A DNA stretch of 64,000 bases from Cyanophora paradoxa CCMP329 (GCA_004431415.1 QPMI01000691.1:1-64000); one strand, 5' to 3'; counted from the stretch's first letter, positions 32,238-44,600 are shown. Numbers and translations are program-made. The notes: generated from the sequence alone by a model not told the origin.

Positions 32238-32400
32238 AAAGTGTGAGCAAGAATGAGGCGGATCGGGCCTTTATAGATCCGGCTATGTGGAAAGAGGTAC
32301 TTTCCGCTGTGGGGAAAGAGGTACTTCCGCATAGAATTTCGGGGTGTACCCCCAATTCTATGCGGAATCCATCATTTGTTTTTCCCTAATGATTGCCGAT
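32238..32400 (-). promoter_or_regulatory. Shared promoter module, copy 2 (upstream of gene B)
   Basis: Same TATA plus TTCCGCATAG module; ~120 bp is the reverse complement of 33696-33812. Confidence 0.7.
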
Positions 32401-32765
32401 GCCGTACCCCGTAATAGGAAAAGGACACTGCTGGGATTCGAGCCTGTCATTGTTTGGACTCTGTTTTGAGAGTTGAGTTGAGTTCCACGTCGAACCAGGG
32501 GTATGGCATCGGCAATTATGCGCTCACCTGAACCGATGCTTGCCGTTGGGTACGCTATTGCTGTCGACCAGGGGGTACGGCAAAGGCGACAGGGGTACAG
32601 GATATAGGTGCCGATTCGATCCTGCCATCGGCCTGCGTCTGCCCGAGACTCGAGGAACGCCGTTTGAACACGCCAGCCCATCGATGCCCCCCTCCCTTAT
32701 GCGTTTGCCAGCGGAACAACGCAAAAGTCTGTTACAGCATTCAAAAACGCTCAAGTTTACATATC

Positions 32766-33463
32766 CTATTTAGCCAACCTAGCCCTAATGCGTTCTGACC
32801 TGCGCTTAACTATGGTTTTCTGAACGGGCGCTGAAACTACAGAAGGCACGGGGGGCTCGGAGGTTTTGGAAGGCATCTTTGTAACTTTGATAACTCCATC
32901 AGGGAGCTCCTTATCTAGGCTGCCAATAGTTTCGAGAAATCGCCAGCAAATAGGAAAGTTTCCTGTTGAAAAAAACATGTATGGCTCGGGGCAAGGAAAC
33001 TGACGGTGAATAATCTTGCTAATTGAGTCTGTCTGGATTGCATAAAAGCCCGGATAGTATGTTATAAAGCGCTTGCCGTCAACGAAAGAATCCTCCACGA
33101 ACTGAATGCGCCTGCTTTGAGTGGGTATGGCCTCCTGTACAAATGGATTGTTGATTCTGCGGCCCAAGAATTAGAAAAGGATGTGCGAAACAGGAAAAAC
33201 AAAAAGGCTCACTGGATAAGTACGTCATCCTTTTGAATGCCAAAGTCCGCAAAGGTAAGGCAGAAGTCTTCGGGAACTATTTTTGCTACAAGAACACCCT
33301 TCCGCTCTACTCTAATATGGAGACCATCCATCCAAAGATTCCAGAATCCACTATGATCGCGGAAAAACGGGCTGGAATGGAGGGTATTGCTGGGCTTGAC
33401 ACGGTAAAATCCCTGTCGCTCCTTGCCGTTAAAGGTAATCCAAAAATAGTCGCAAGCCGCCAT
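32766..33463 (-). CDS. Ubiquitin-like domain protein, spliced (gene C, paralogue of B)
   Basis: YRVKPSNTL...LTFADFGIQKDDVL; intron 33157-33212 at the same position and phase as in B; shared tail KTSEPPV.SVVS.PVQKTIVKRRS.RIRA and shared 3' flank. Confidence 0.7.
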
Positions 33464-33529
33464 TACGCTATCGGGGTACGCTGAGATAACGACGACTGGA
33501 GCTGGAGAATGTGAGCCAGAATGCCGCAG

Positions 33530-33812
33530 GACGGCCCTTTATAGGTCCGGCTATGCGGAAAGATTCCGCATAAAATGGGGGGTACGGCATCGGCAATCAT
33601 TAGGGAAAAACAAATGATGGATTCCGCATAGAATCAGGGGTACGGCAGCTGCAATCATTAGGGAAAAACAAATGATGGAATCCGCATAGAATCAGGGGTA
33701 CACCCCGAAATTCTATGCGGAAAGTACCTCTTTCCACATAGCGGAAAGTACCTCTTTCCGCATAGCCGGATCTATAAAGCCCGGATCCGCCTCATTCTTG
33801 CTCACACTTTTC
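33530..33812. promoter_or_regulatory. Bidirectional promoter module, copies 3 and 4 (genes C and D)
   Basis: Outward-facing CTATAAAG boxes at ~33537 and ~33772; about seven TTCCGCATAG-like motifs; duplicated caatcattagggaaaaacaaatgatgga. Confidence 0.7.
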
Positions 33813-33852
33813 AGCCTCAGCCAGCAAAATCCCAGCATTCCCCGGTAGCATA

Positions 33853-34395
33853 ATGGCCGCCCCGATTGACGTCATTGATTTTACCCAGGAGGCCGATGAG
33901 GTAAGCGTTTGCCTTAGCCTGGCGCGTTTGCCTTAGCCTGGCGCGTTTGCCTTTGCTGATTTCTCGAAAGCCGCAGCGCCCTTTCCCGATTGAGGTGATT
34001 GTCCTTGACGATTCGGAGGACGAGCGCGATACCCCCGCGGCCCCCCCCCCCCCCGCCCGCGTCCCTCAGCGCCGGCGCCGGCCCCCGAACCGGCGCCGGT
34101 ACCGGCCCCGAAGCGGCTCACGGCCGCTGACATCGATGAGCTCTTCGGAGCCGACGATGACGCGGAGGATGACGCGCCGGCCCCATCCGATATCGGTGAC
34201 GCCTTTGATGAGTCCGATCGTGAGGACTTTTTTACGGTAGCCCCCGCCCGCGATCTCGAGCCCGAGGAGCCTACCCCGGAGCCGGCCCCTCAGCGCGATT
34301 CCCCCACCAAGACCATAGCTAAGCGCAAGCCCTCTAAGGCAGTTAGCAAGGCGCCCTCGCGTGCCTCTTCCCGTCTTAGCGCGAAGAAGATATAG
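33853..34395 (+). CDS. Spliced SIM-rich acidic disordered protein (gene D, related to A); frameshift in the poly-C at ~34042-34054
   Basis: Exon 1 MAAPIDVIDFTQEADE, GTAAGC donor at 33901, then IEVIVLDDSEDE. After the C-run, the shifted frame reads DIDELFGADDD...RASSRLSAKKI*. Confidence 0.65.
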
Positions 34396-34645
34396 CTTGT
34401 TTTGAGCAGCTTTTTGAATCGTAAAAACCTCCCTTTTGGCTGCGATTCCCCTCGCATATCGGCGGCAGCAGGGGGTGGGCAGGCGGTGAGCAGGGGGGTG
34501 GGCAGGGGGGTATGGGGGCCTCAAGGGTCTAGGGGGATACCGCTGATACCGCTGGCCTTGGAGTCATCCCCCCCCTCCCAGCCCGCCCTGCCCCCGCTGC
34601 CCACCGAGGCCGCGCGCGGGGTACGGTGGCACCGGCCCGGCTCCC

Positions 34646-34750
34646 CAGCGAGGCCGTACGCCGGCCCGCGTGCCCAGCGAGGCCCTACCCCGGCCCACGT
34701 GCTCAGCGAGGCCCTACCCCGGCCCACGTGCCCAGCGAGGCCCGCGCGTG
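34646..34750. repeat. Tandem repeat, about 3.5 x 29 bp, near the island's right edge
   Basis: cagcgaggcc at 34646, 34675, 34704 and 34733. Confidence 0.9.
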
Positions 34751-35104
34751 ACTCACGGGCGGCCCCTGTCCGCCGCAATTTTGGGTACCCCCCCCTCCCT
34801 TCGGGTCTGCACGGGCCCCATTTGGCGGTGGGAGGCGCGTACCCATGGCCCCGAATGGGTGCCGGGGGGGGTCTAGAGGGGGGGTGGGGTACACGCAAAG
34901 TGAGGACCGCCGCAGGCGAGAAATCTAGACAGCTGCAGAGGTGCAGACGGGCAGGGAGACACACGAACCAAGATCGAGCCGGAGGCTCGGGTGGAATCCG
35001 AAGCCGATGGCGCGCTCGCCGCGGGTGCAAGAGAGCTGGCGTCGTGCGGCTGATCGCCGCCTCCAGCTGTAGATATAGATGGCGCCGAAGGCCTAGGGCT
35101 GGAG

Positions 35105-35720
35105 ATTGAGTCAGCGCGTTAACGTTGCAATTGGCAGCGTCGGCGCTGCACAACCGACGCCGTCACGTGCACGCACCTGAGGAGGTGGCAGAGCGCCGCG
35201 CGGACGGCCTCCGGGCTCTGCGCATGCGCGCGTACGCGTTATGCGGGCTTCGGCGCGGCGCGGGTAATCGCCAGGCCCGGGCTCGATGTGCGCATGCGGC
35301 GGCCGGCGGCCGGAGCACCTGCGCGAATTCGCGAAGCGCCTCCGTCGTGGCGCCGGCGCCCGCCGTACGAGTAGCGAGCGATGAGTGCCGACGCAGCAGT
35401 TCTCGGGCGTACTGAGCCGCGTCCGAGACGAGGAACTCGGACCATCGCATGTCCGGAGCCTCGGGCGGGCTGGAGCGCGCGTTGCGATTGGGTCAGCGCG
35501 TTGGCAGCGTTAACGTTGGCGCTGTACATATGCATCCGACGCCGTCACGCACTTGAGGAGGCTGCAGAGCGCCAACCGTACCGCCTTTGGGCTCTGCGCA
35601 CGTAATGCGTTTGCAATTGGCGCGCGGGCTTCGGCGCGGCGCGGGAAATCGCGCGGCCCGGGCTCGACGGCGGGATCGGAGCACCTGCGAGAAGGCGCGA
35701 CGCGCCTCATTCGTGAGCGC
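35105..35720. repeat. Diverged ~240-bp direct duplication in host DNA
   Basis: gattg.gtcagcgcgtt...ccgacgccgtcacg...gcgggcttcggcgcggcgcggg.aatcgc...ggagcacctgcg at ~35105-35345 and ~35487-35715. Confidence 0.75.
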
Positions 35721-36240
35721 GCCAAGTGATGGTTGCCGGCGCCGCAGTTCGAAGGCGCCATCAGTCGACTCCGAGATGACGAACGCGGACCAGTCCGCGG
35801 GCGCGCTGTGCTCCATCGATCTAGCGTCGAGAAGGAGCGAACTCGAGAAGGCCGTCGATGCTGCTCGGCGGCCTCGGCGGCCTCGGTGACTCGGTCTCTC
35901 AGGCGGGTACACAGTTGCGGGCGGTTGCGTACCCCTCTTCTGAACTGAAAAACGCGTTCAGCTTTCCAAGCGCCTCTAGCGGCCACGCTCACATAGCCGA
36001 TGCTCGGCTCTTAGCGCGGAGCACCGCCCGTTCCTAGCCGAGCCCGCTGCGTCGAGAAGACCGCCACATTGCTTTGCTGCTTAGCTATAGGCTTCTGGCG
36101 GTGAGCCTCGGAGGGCACGCGGCGGCCGCAGCACGATGCGAGCGTTGGGCCGCCCAACAGCTCGCGAGCCGCTGTACACCCCGCAGCAGGTTCTTCGCTT
36201 CTCCGCCCGCGCCCTGGGAGCCGCTGCCGCTCGCTGATCG

Positions 36241-38849
36241 ATGTGTTGCCGGCAGTACAAGCCGCCTGCGACTGCGCGTGACAGCACCTGGCGGCGCAAG
36301 TGCCCCGGGACCGTGCAGGAGCAGATCGACCTGTACAGCGTGCGTCGAGACGCGCCACAGCCCGGCCCTCGAGCTCGCCGTCTGAGGTAGGCGCACGCGC
36401 AGACGAAGGGGGCCGGGAAATGGAGCGCGAGGCGGCTGGGCCCCCTGAGCTGGGAGACGACGGAGCCCGCCGGGCGGGGCGAGGCGCGGAGCTTCCGGCA
36501 GGCGCTGGGGAACACGCACTCGTGCACGTGCGCGCAGGGGCGGAAGGACGTCTGCGCGCACCTCGTCTTCGTCATGGTGCAGCACCTCGGCCTCGAGCCC
36601 GGCGACGAGCTTGTCTGGCAGGTCGGCGCCGCCCGCGGCCGCGCCTGGCGGCGACCCGGCTGACCTTTCCCGCAGCGCGGCTGGCTCGATCGCGAGGTCG
36701 AGGAGATCCTCGCCCGCGCCCCCGCCGCCCCCGTGCGCGCCCGCGCGCCCCGGCCCGCCTCTGCGTCTGCCCGCCCGCGTGAACGAAGCCCGCGCGCAGC
36801 CGCCGAAGCCCGCGGAGCCGTCTACAGAGGCAGAGGCGGCCGCCCCCCGCCCGAGGCGGCGGCGGCCGCCGCCGCGGGGCGGAGCGCCCGGCGGGGCGGA
36901 CGGGGCGTTCGAGGCGGCGGCCCCGGGCGAGGAGGAGGGGAACGGTCGGCGCCGCCGGGCGACGCGGAGGAGCTGCTGCAGACCGCCCCGTCCGCGCTGG
37001 ACTTCCCCGTCCACGACGTACCCCCGGCGGCCTCAGCCCCGCCCCTCCGCGCCCCCGGGCCAGGCCCGGGCCGCCGCCGCCGCCGCCCCTCCAGCCCGCC
37101 CTCACGGCACACGGCGCGCTCGGGCGCGGTGGCGGCGGCGCAGCAGCCGAAGGGGAAGCAGGAGGCGCCCGGCAAGGCCGCGAGCGGCGTGCGGTGGACG
37201 GGGAGGCTGTACCCCGGGCGCCGCGGCCCGGCTCGGCGGGGGCGGCCCCTGCGGGGCCGAGCCCCTTTCTGGAGCGCCTGAAGGCGGCGAAGGCGGACGG
37301 GGCCGGCCTGCAGGCGCCCGAGGAGCGGCTGGCTGCGCTGGAGCGGCTGGCGGCGGAGGCGGAGCGGGCGGGGGACGTGGAGGCTGCCGTCCGCGTCCGG
37401 GCGGAGGCGGTGCCGCTGGCGCGGCTCGTCGGCTCGCGGGCGGCGCTGGCGGCGGCGCACGCGCGGCTCTCGGAGGCGTACCTGTGCCTGGAGGCGCGGG
37501 CGCGGCAGTACAGCCCCGCCGACGCCGCCGCCGACGTATGCGAGAAGGTGCCTGGGGTTTCGAGACTCCTTCTTCCTCTTCCTCTGCTTTCTGATTTCGG
37601 CGCAGGCGGTGCAGCACGCGCGGGCGGCGTGCGAGGCGGCGGCGTGGGCGGACGTGGGGCCCGAGCTGGGCCAGGACGCGGCCCGCTGCCTCGCCCTCGC
37701 CCTCTCCCGCCGCGGCCAGTGCGCGCCCCGCCCCGCCCCGCCCCGGCCCGACCGCCCTACGCCGTTTTAGGCCCCCCCCCGCAGGCACGAGCTGGCGGGG
37801 GCGGAGGCGGCGAGGGCGCTGCAGGCGGCGGAGAAGCGGAACGGGCGCAAGTCGCCCCTCAACGCCCCCCTCCACCTCGTACGCCGGCCCAGGGCTCAGC
37901 TGAGCTGAGCTGAGCTGGGCTGAGGGGGGCCGTCCGCCCGCAGACGCTGGGGAAGGTGCTGGCGGCGGGGGGCCAGCCGGGCCCCGCCCTGGAGTCGCTG
38001 GCGCGGGCCTGGGAGCTGGCTGCGGACTTGAAGGACGGGGCGCTGGAGGCGAAGGTTTTTCTGGAGATGGCGCGCGTCTACGAGGCGCAGGGGCGGCTCG
38101 AGCAGGCCGACGACGCCTGCGAGCGCGCCAAGGCGGTACGCGGGTCTCTTCAACTGAGGCTGCGCCTCAGCTTAAGCGTGGCGCAGGCGCTGTGCGGGGC
38201 GGGGGCGGAGGGCGGGCCGGCGATGGCGGAGGCGTGCCTGCTGGCGGGGCGCGTCTGCGCCAAGCGGGGGGACCTGCCCGAGGCGGCGCGGAACGTGAAG
38301 ACCGCGCGGGCCCTCTTCGAGGCGGCGGGGGGCGGCCCGCTCGACCGCCGCGCCGTCGCCGCCGAGCGCGAGGGCGCCACCCTGCTCGTGCGTGCACGTA
38401 CCCCCCCGCGCCCCCAGGCGGCCCCTGAGTGAGCCTCCCTTCGCCCGCCCGCCCGCCCGCAGATCGCTGCGCGGAGCTACAGGGACGCCGGTGCGCCCCT
38501 ACCCCCCTCCTTTCCTCTACCCCCCCCGCCCACGCCCACGCCGGGGGGGGTAGAGGCGGTACTGCAAGAGGTGCTGGCGAAGGAGGCGGCGATCTTCGGG
38601 GCGCTCTCGGCGCACGTGGCGGAGACGGAGCGGCTCCTAGGAGCCGTCTGCACGGCCCTCAAGCGGCGGCGGGAGGCGCGGGCGCACTACGCGCGGGCGC
38701 TGCGCATCTTCGAGGGCCTCTTCGGGGCGGGGCACGCGCGGGCGGTCGAGCTCAGAGTGCTACTCGAGGTGCAGGCCGCCGCGAAGCCGGAGGCTGAGGC
38801 CAGTGCGGAGGCCGGGGCCGAGGAGGCGGAGGGCGGGGGGTCCACGTAG
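36241..38849 (+). CDS. Host multi-exon gene: SWIM zinc finger plus TPR repeats
   Basis: Spliced reading gives WRRKCP...HSCTCAQGRKDVCAHLVFVM...LVWQ (ZSWIM2/MAP3K1-type SWIM). Later exons are TPR-like (ALESLARAWELA; ARAHYARALRIFE..FG.GH). Confidence 0.65.
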
Positions 38850-41604
38850 GCCGGAGGCCGCCCGTCCGGCGCCCCGGCAGCACTTCCAGCGCGACACGAG
38901 ACGAAGAAGAGGAGCCTTTATCGCGGACGGCGCCCCCGCCGAGCGGGGAGCGAGCAAGCGAGGGTGTGCGTCCATGGATTCGGAGCGAGGCCGGACGGCC
39001 GCCGAGGAGGCGGAGGGCCCCCGAGGACGAGCCCGTCGCCGGCTGCGAGCCCCGCTTGGACCCTTGGACTTCGCGCCGCGGGCCCGCCCCTTCGACACCT
39101 CCGATGCCCCTTCGAATTCGAATTCCGCGCTCAAGGCAGACTATAGCTAGCAAAGGCAGACTAAAGCAGAGTCGACGTCGACTATAGCCAGAATGAAGTG
39201 GGTTTCGCGACTATAGCAGAGGCAGATTAAAGCAGACTATATAGACTGCACGTGCACCTGCACTCTCTGCAGCTGCTGCATTAAAAATATTGCATATTGA
39301 ACGATCATGGACTCCGATGCTCGGTGACTCAGTGACTGCGAGAACTTGCTGCATGCTCAAATTAAAGGAGCGACGCGTGGCACCGCTAATCCGGCCGCGG
39401 AAGAATTTTTAATTGAATATAACCGCTACTGCGAGGCTTTGCATCACGGCAGAGATACCGATTGCTGCAGCTGGCCGGACATCTTTCGCGGCCCTGGGAG
39501 GCTGGGACCGAGTATTGGAACATGAACGATGGTTCACTGCCGCCTACGTATACATGATCGTTTGTGAGAGCGTCATCGCGCCTATCCTTCACTCCTCTGC
39601 ACGTGTCACGGAGTCGAGTTTGAGCTAAGTTTGAAGTGCGTGTTTCCTTTGTCTGCTGGAAAAGTGGGATCCTGAGCGGTATGTACCCCCCCTCTGCTGC
39701 CGCATCGATATAGATATCGGCCACCCACTGGCCAGCCCGTCGAGATATATACTCGGCCCGTCACCCCTCAGCCGGGTCTCAGGGCCCATATTCAAGCGAG
39801 TCCCTGCGGAGCAGGAGCTCAAGTGGCCTTACATAATTAGGTCTTAATTGGGGCTTCAAGGCGTGAGGGTGACTGCTCTTCGCGGTTACCCAGGGGAGGG
39901 GGGAGGAGAAATAGCTAGGAGGGGGGGGGGGGGGGGGGGGGGGGCGGGGGCACTCGGCGAGGGCTGACGCTCAAGATCTAGAGCCACGGTGCTCAAGTGC
40001 TTAAGGCCTGGGGCACACCGGCTGATTCATGCACTTCACAGAAAAACTACGCATACCGAAAAATGGGTAATAAAAGGGCCACTGACTTGCCGTGCGCGTC
40101 AGTTGGGTCCGGGGAAGGGAATTTAACCTCGGCGAATCCAAAGATGTAGATCTAGATGCTAGAGAGCAGATCTAGATCTAGAGACTTCGGCCGGCGGGCC
40201 GGAAGAGGAACAAAGCCGCTGAGCCTCGGAGCTGGAGGAAGAAACTTGAAATGCAGAATTTAAGGCGGCCATGCCAGGCGAGCTGTCTTCGAGGCCTACG
40301 CGAGCTCGAGCTCGAGGCTAGGCCAGATCTAGAGGTAGGTCGCGGGCCCCGGGGGATGGCCGCTCGAGCTCATGCATGCGCATATGATCACAAATCGAAC
40401 CTTATATGCCTGCACGTGCACGTGCACTTGACTCGGGGAGGCGCGCGGCCGCGGCTTGCAATTGCCTTGGAGGCTGGCCTCCGCGCGCGCGCGATCTGCA
40501 TGCGCATGCGCGGGCAAAGCGCGCGCGCGCGATCTGCATGCGCGCGCGCGCGCGGTTGGAGCGGCTGCAGCGTGCGCGGCTGGCGCGCGCGGCTAGCGAG
40601 TCGTAGCGACATGTACAGCTGCAGCAGACTGCCAAGCGCTGAGAGCGCTATCCGATCATCGGATCGCGAGCTGTGCGGGAGTGAGCTCGAGAACTTCGGA
40701 AAGCGGCCGGCCGCGGGCGGGACCGGCGGCGCGGGTGTAGGAAGTGGCAGGGGGGCGCGGGCATCGACCGTCGGACTTGTTGACCATGAGCGCACGGCCG
40801 GCGTGGCCCGCTTGCGCGCGTGGCCGGTGTGCGCGGCTGGCGCGGCTAGCTAGAGCAAACTGCCACGCGCGCGAGAGAGGCGCGACAGTTGAAGCCGCGG
40901 CCGGCCGGCGCCGAGCTGAAGAGGAAGCGCTGGGCGGAGGGAGAAAGCGGCCGGGGGGTACTCTAAGAGGTTTTGCAGGGTAAGTTAACGCACTCTCCAA
41001 TGTGATTGGCTAGCGCACGCGGCGTCCTCCTACGCGACCGCGCACGCGCCCGGCCTCGCTCCCGCAGAACGGAATGTCGGGCATGATACGGGCAACGACC
41101 TCGAACTGGTCTGACCCGTACATCTGCTCCCTGTGCGTTGCTGGACCCGTTTTTGTCCCGGGTGTTGGTGCCTGTTCCTGGATCACCCTTTGGTCGGACG
41201 GGACCGGGAGACATGGTTTCGGGATCCCCTTGTGATGGGCTTTCAGGATATACCGCGCGGCCCGGGTTTTGCAGAGGTCGGGGAAATGGGATTTGGGGTA
41301 GGGTTGGGCCCGAGGGACAGGGACAGGGGAAGTGATTTTCCCTTCCCCAAAAAGAAGGGGCCTCACTTAAGCTTCAACACGCAAATTTACACGTGCACAA
41401 TGCGCCGGCCCTCGCGATTGCAAAGAGATGCGAAACCTAGATCTACAGAAAAAGCCCAGCCCGCTACTCGAAACCTACACACGCACACGCCTGCGCTGAA
41501 GGCGCCTTCTATATATAAAAGCGCTGCCGCGGTGTTTCGGGCCCGCGGCCGCGGGCGCCGGCAGCGGCGATAAAGAACCAGAGAGGGGGTACGTAAATAT
41601 ACGG

Positions 41605-44600
41605 CTAGACGACCATGCGGGTCTTGGCGGCGAAGGCGTCCAGTATCCCGGGCCCGGGGCCCCCCGCGCGGGGGTACGCGTACGCCGGGGCCGGCGCGGG
41701 GGCGGCGGGGGCGAAGAGGCGCTCCGGGGGCGGCGGGGGGGCGAAGGCCGAGGCGCAGGGGAGGGCGTGGGCGAGGGGCGGGGCGGAGGGCGCGTGGGGC
41801 GCGGGGAAGGCCTGCAGCTGCGGAACGAACGCATGAGAAACGAATCGATTTGTATTAGAAGGTTTTATAAGAATATTAGAAGATTCTATAAGAAGATTGC
41901 AAACAGAAAGCACCGGAGAGGAGAACTCGGCGGAGGCGTTCAGGTTCGCCGTGTTGCCCTTCTCGTCCGCCAGGGAGGCCTGCAGGGCGCTTCTATGAGA
42001 ATCTATCCAAGAATCTCATAAGGCTCTATAAGATTTTAAGCTTTAGCACCTGGAAGGCGTCGGAGGCGCGCTCGTCGGCGATGCGGCCGGCGGCCTCGTG
42101 CAGGGCGCAGAGCCCCGCGTCCAGCTCCGCCTGTCCGTTGCCCGCACGGGGCTCCCTCAGATCGGGCGCCGGGCGGGGGGAAGGGTTAAAGGGGGGTTAA
42201 AGGGGAATGGGGGTACAGCGCACGCGGAGGTCGCGGGGGAGCTCAGGGCCGTTCTCGAGGTCGGCGCGCAGGGCCTTGTACCCGTCCGAGCGCAGGATCT
42301 CCCCCCGGTGCGAGCGCCGCTGCGGGGGGCTTCAGCCAAGGCTAAGGCTCGAGCTCCGCTAGATCAAATTCGAGATCAAATTCGAGATCAAATTCGGGCG
42401 GGCGGGCGGGCCTGGGCGATGCGGAGGAGGGAGAGGATGGCGGCGCGGCGGAGCTCGCCCCGCAGCTCCGGCTCCGGCGGGTCGGGGCCCGCCGTCGCCA
42501 GCTGCGAGGCGGCGCCGTCAGATCAGATCAGATCAGATCCAGCGCTAGAGCTCTCGGCGGAGATGGGGGGCGATGGGAGCCGCCACGGAAGACGGCAATA
42601 GGGTGACGGAGGCGCTCTTAGCGGAGATTTGAACCGCTTAGTCGATTGGGGGCGTGAGATCAGATCAGATCAGACCCAGCGCATTAAGCGGAGATGCGGG
42701 GCGTTGGGTCGACGGCGTTAGGGCTTCAAGCCTCGGCACTTCTAATTAAGAGATCTATCCAAGGAGATCTAATTAAGCGATTCGAGAGAAACAAAGCAGA
42801 GGGCGGACGGAGGTGAGGCAGGCGACGAGGAAGCGGACGCCGCCGGCGGCCACGAACGCGTCCACCAGCTCCTCCACGTGCCTGGAGGGGGGGGGGAGTC
42901 AGGGGGGGTAGAGGATGACGGGGACGTGGGCGGGGGCGGAAAGGGAGAGACGGGGCTAGACTTGCAGACGCGGCTAGGCTTGGATCGAACTAGGCTCAGG
43001 GGGGCCGGGCGGGGGGCAGAGCCAGGAGGGGGCGGGCGCGTAGGCTAGACACCTAGACTAGACGGGGAGGAGGGAGAGGAGGGGGCGGAGCGCGGGGCGA
43101 GGCCGGACGAGTAACGCTCGGCTGGCCGTGGGCTCCATTCGAATTGAAGGGGCGGGGGGCGGGGAGCGGGGGGAAAGGGGGCGCACCCGTCGTCGGCCTG
43201 GGCGGCCTGGGCGCGGGTGCGGGAGCGGTTGAAGAGGCCCGAGAGGCTGCGCGGGGAGCGGCTCAGAATCAGAACTAGAGCTGTAAGCTCTGAGCTTGCA
43301 GAAGCTTGAAGCTTAAGCGTAGAGAAGCTCGGCTGGAGCTTGGCTAGAGAGGGGCGCGCGCGGGGGTGGGACCTGCGGGAGGAGGAGGAGCGGGCGTCCT
43401 CGTCGTCCTCCGGGGCGAAGTGGGCGGGGCCCGCGCCGCGCGACACCAGCGCGAACGAGGCCTGCGGGGGGCGTGGTGAGAGGGCGGCCGCAGTGAGGGG
43501 GCGTGGTGAGGGTCCGTGGTGAGGGAAGGGGCGGCGCCCATGAATAGGATGAAGATAGGGGGAGGGGCGGTGCGGGGCGACCGCGCATTGACAGGCTGAA
43601 GATAGGGCGGTGAAGGGGCGGCGCGGTGAAGGGGCGGGGCGGGGCGGGGCGCGGATGCTGAACGGCCGAGCGCTGCTGACGCTGTAGACGCTGTAGAGCC
43701 TTCTAATATTCTTATGGAACCTTATAAAATTCTTATAGAACCTTCTATCATGAAAAGGGGCCCAGCATGAGGGCGGGGGCGGCGCACGGCGACGTGGGAG
43801 CAGGCGCGGAGGGCGGGGCGCGCCGGCGCCGCGCCCCGCGCGATGAGCTGCGGCAGGTACCGCGACGCCGCCGGCACCATCTGCGCGGGGCGGGGCCCTG
43901 TCAGATTTCTATGGGATCGAACTCCAACGCGATTAGATGATTCCATGAGAGCGATCTATATTAGACGCGCGCCGCGCATGCGCGTCGGGGCCATCAGGAG
44001 AAGCGGCCATCTCCTACTACTAGTTGTTGTTGTGTCCTAATGCAAATCGTTTCTATCGCGGGGCGGGGGCTGGGGCGGGGCGGGGCGCGCCTTGGCGGGG
44101 CCCTTGGCGGCCACGAGGTGCTTCGCGACCTGCCGAGCGAGGCGAGCGGGCAGGCGAACAGGCGTCAGCGGCCCCGTGATCAGTCTCAGAGGCCTTCAGA
44201 GGCCTCTGAGGCTTCTTGGGCCTCGGCCTCAACCTCAGTGGAGCGGGTGGGAGGCCCCGCACCTTGCGGCGGAGGCCGGCGGCGGGCCCGGCCTCGGCGG
44301 CGGCGCGCGCGAGGCCGCAGACGAGCGCCAGCACCGACGCCGCCGTCACCTGCCCGGAGATGTGAGGGGGCGCGCAGGGTCAGGCTCAAGCCGCCGAGGG
44401 CGCCGCCGAGGGCGCCGCCGAAGGCGCCGCCGACGGAGAAGCTAGAAGCTACACAGCTAGAAGCCATCTAGAAAAGAAGATTTAGAAGCTAGAAGCTAGA
44501 AGCCGTCTAAAAAATCTCCCAAAGAATTCGGAGCCAGTAAGGAAGCTACCTCGTCGTGGCCGGTGAAGAACTAGAAGCCGTCTATCTAAGCTAGCAAAGA

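Noticed and set aside
34860-34905. Exact right terminus or TSD of the island
   Set aside because: No matching inverted partner or duplication is visible within this window.
39150-41400. Lower-GC patches and CG/CA alternating tracts as a possible transposon or ncRNA
   Set aside because: No terminal repeats, TSD, coding motif or recognisable RNA family could be supported.
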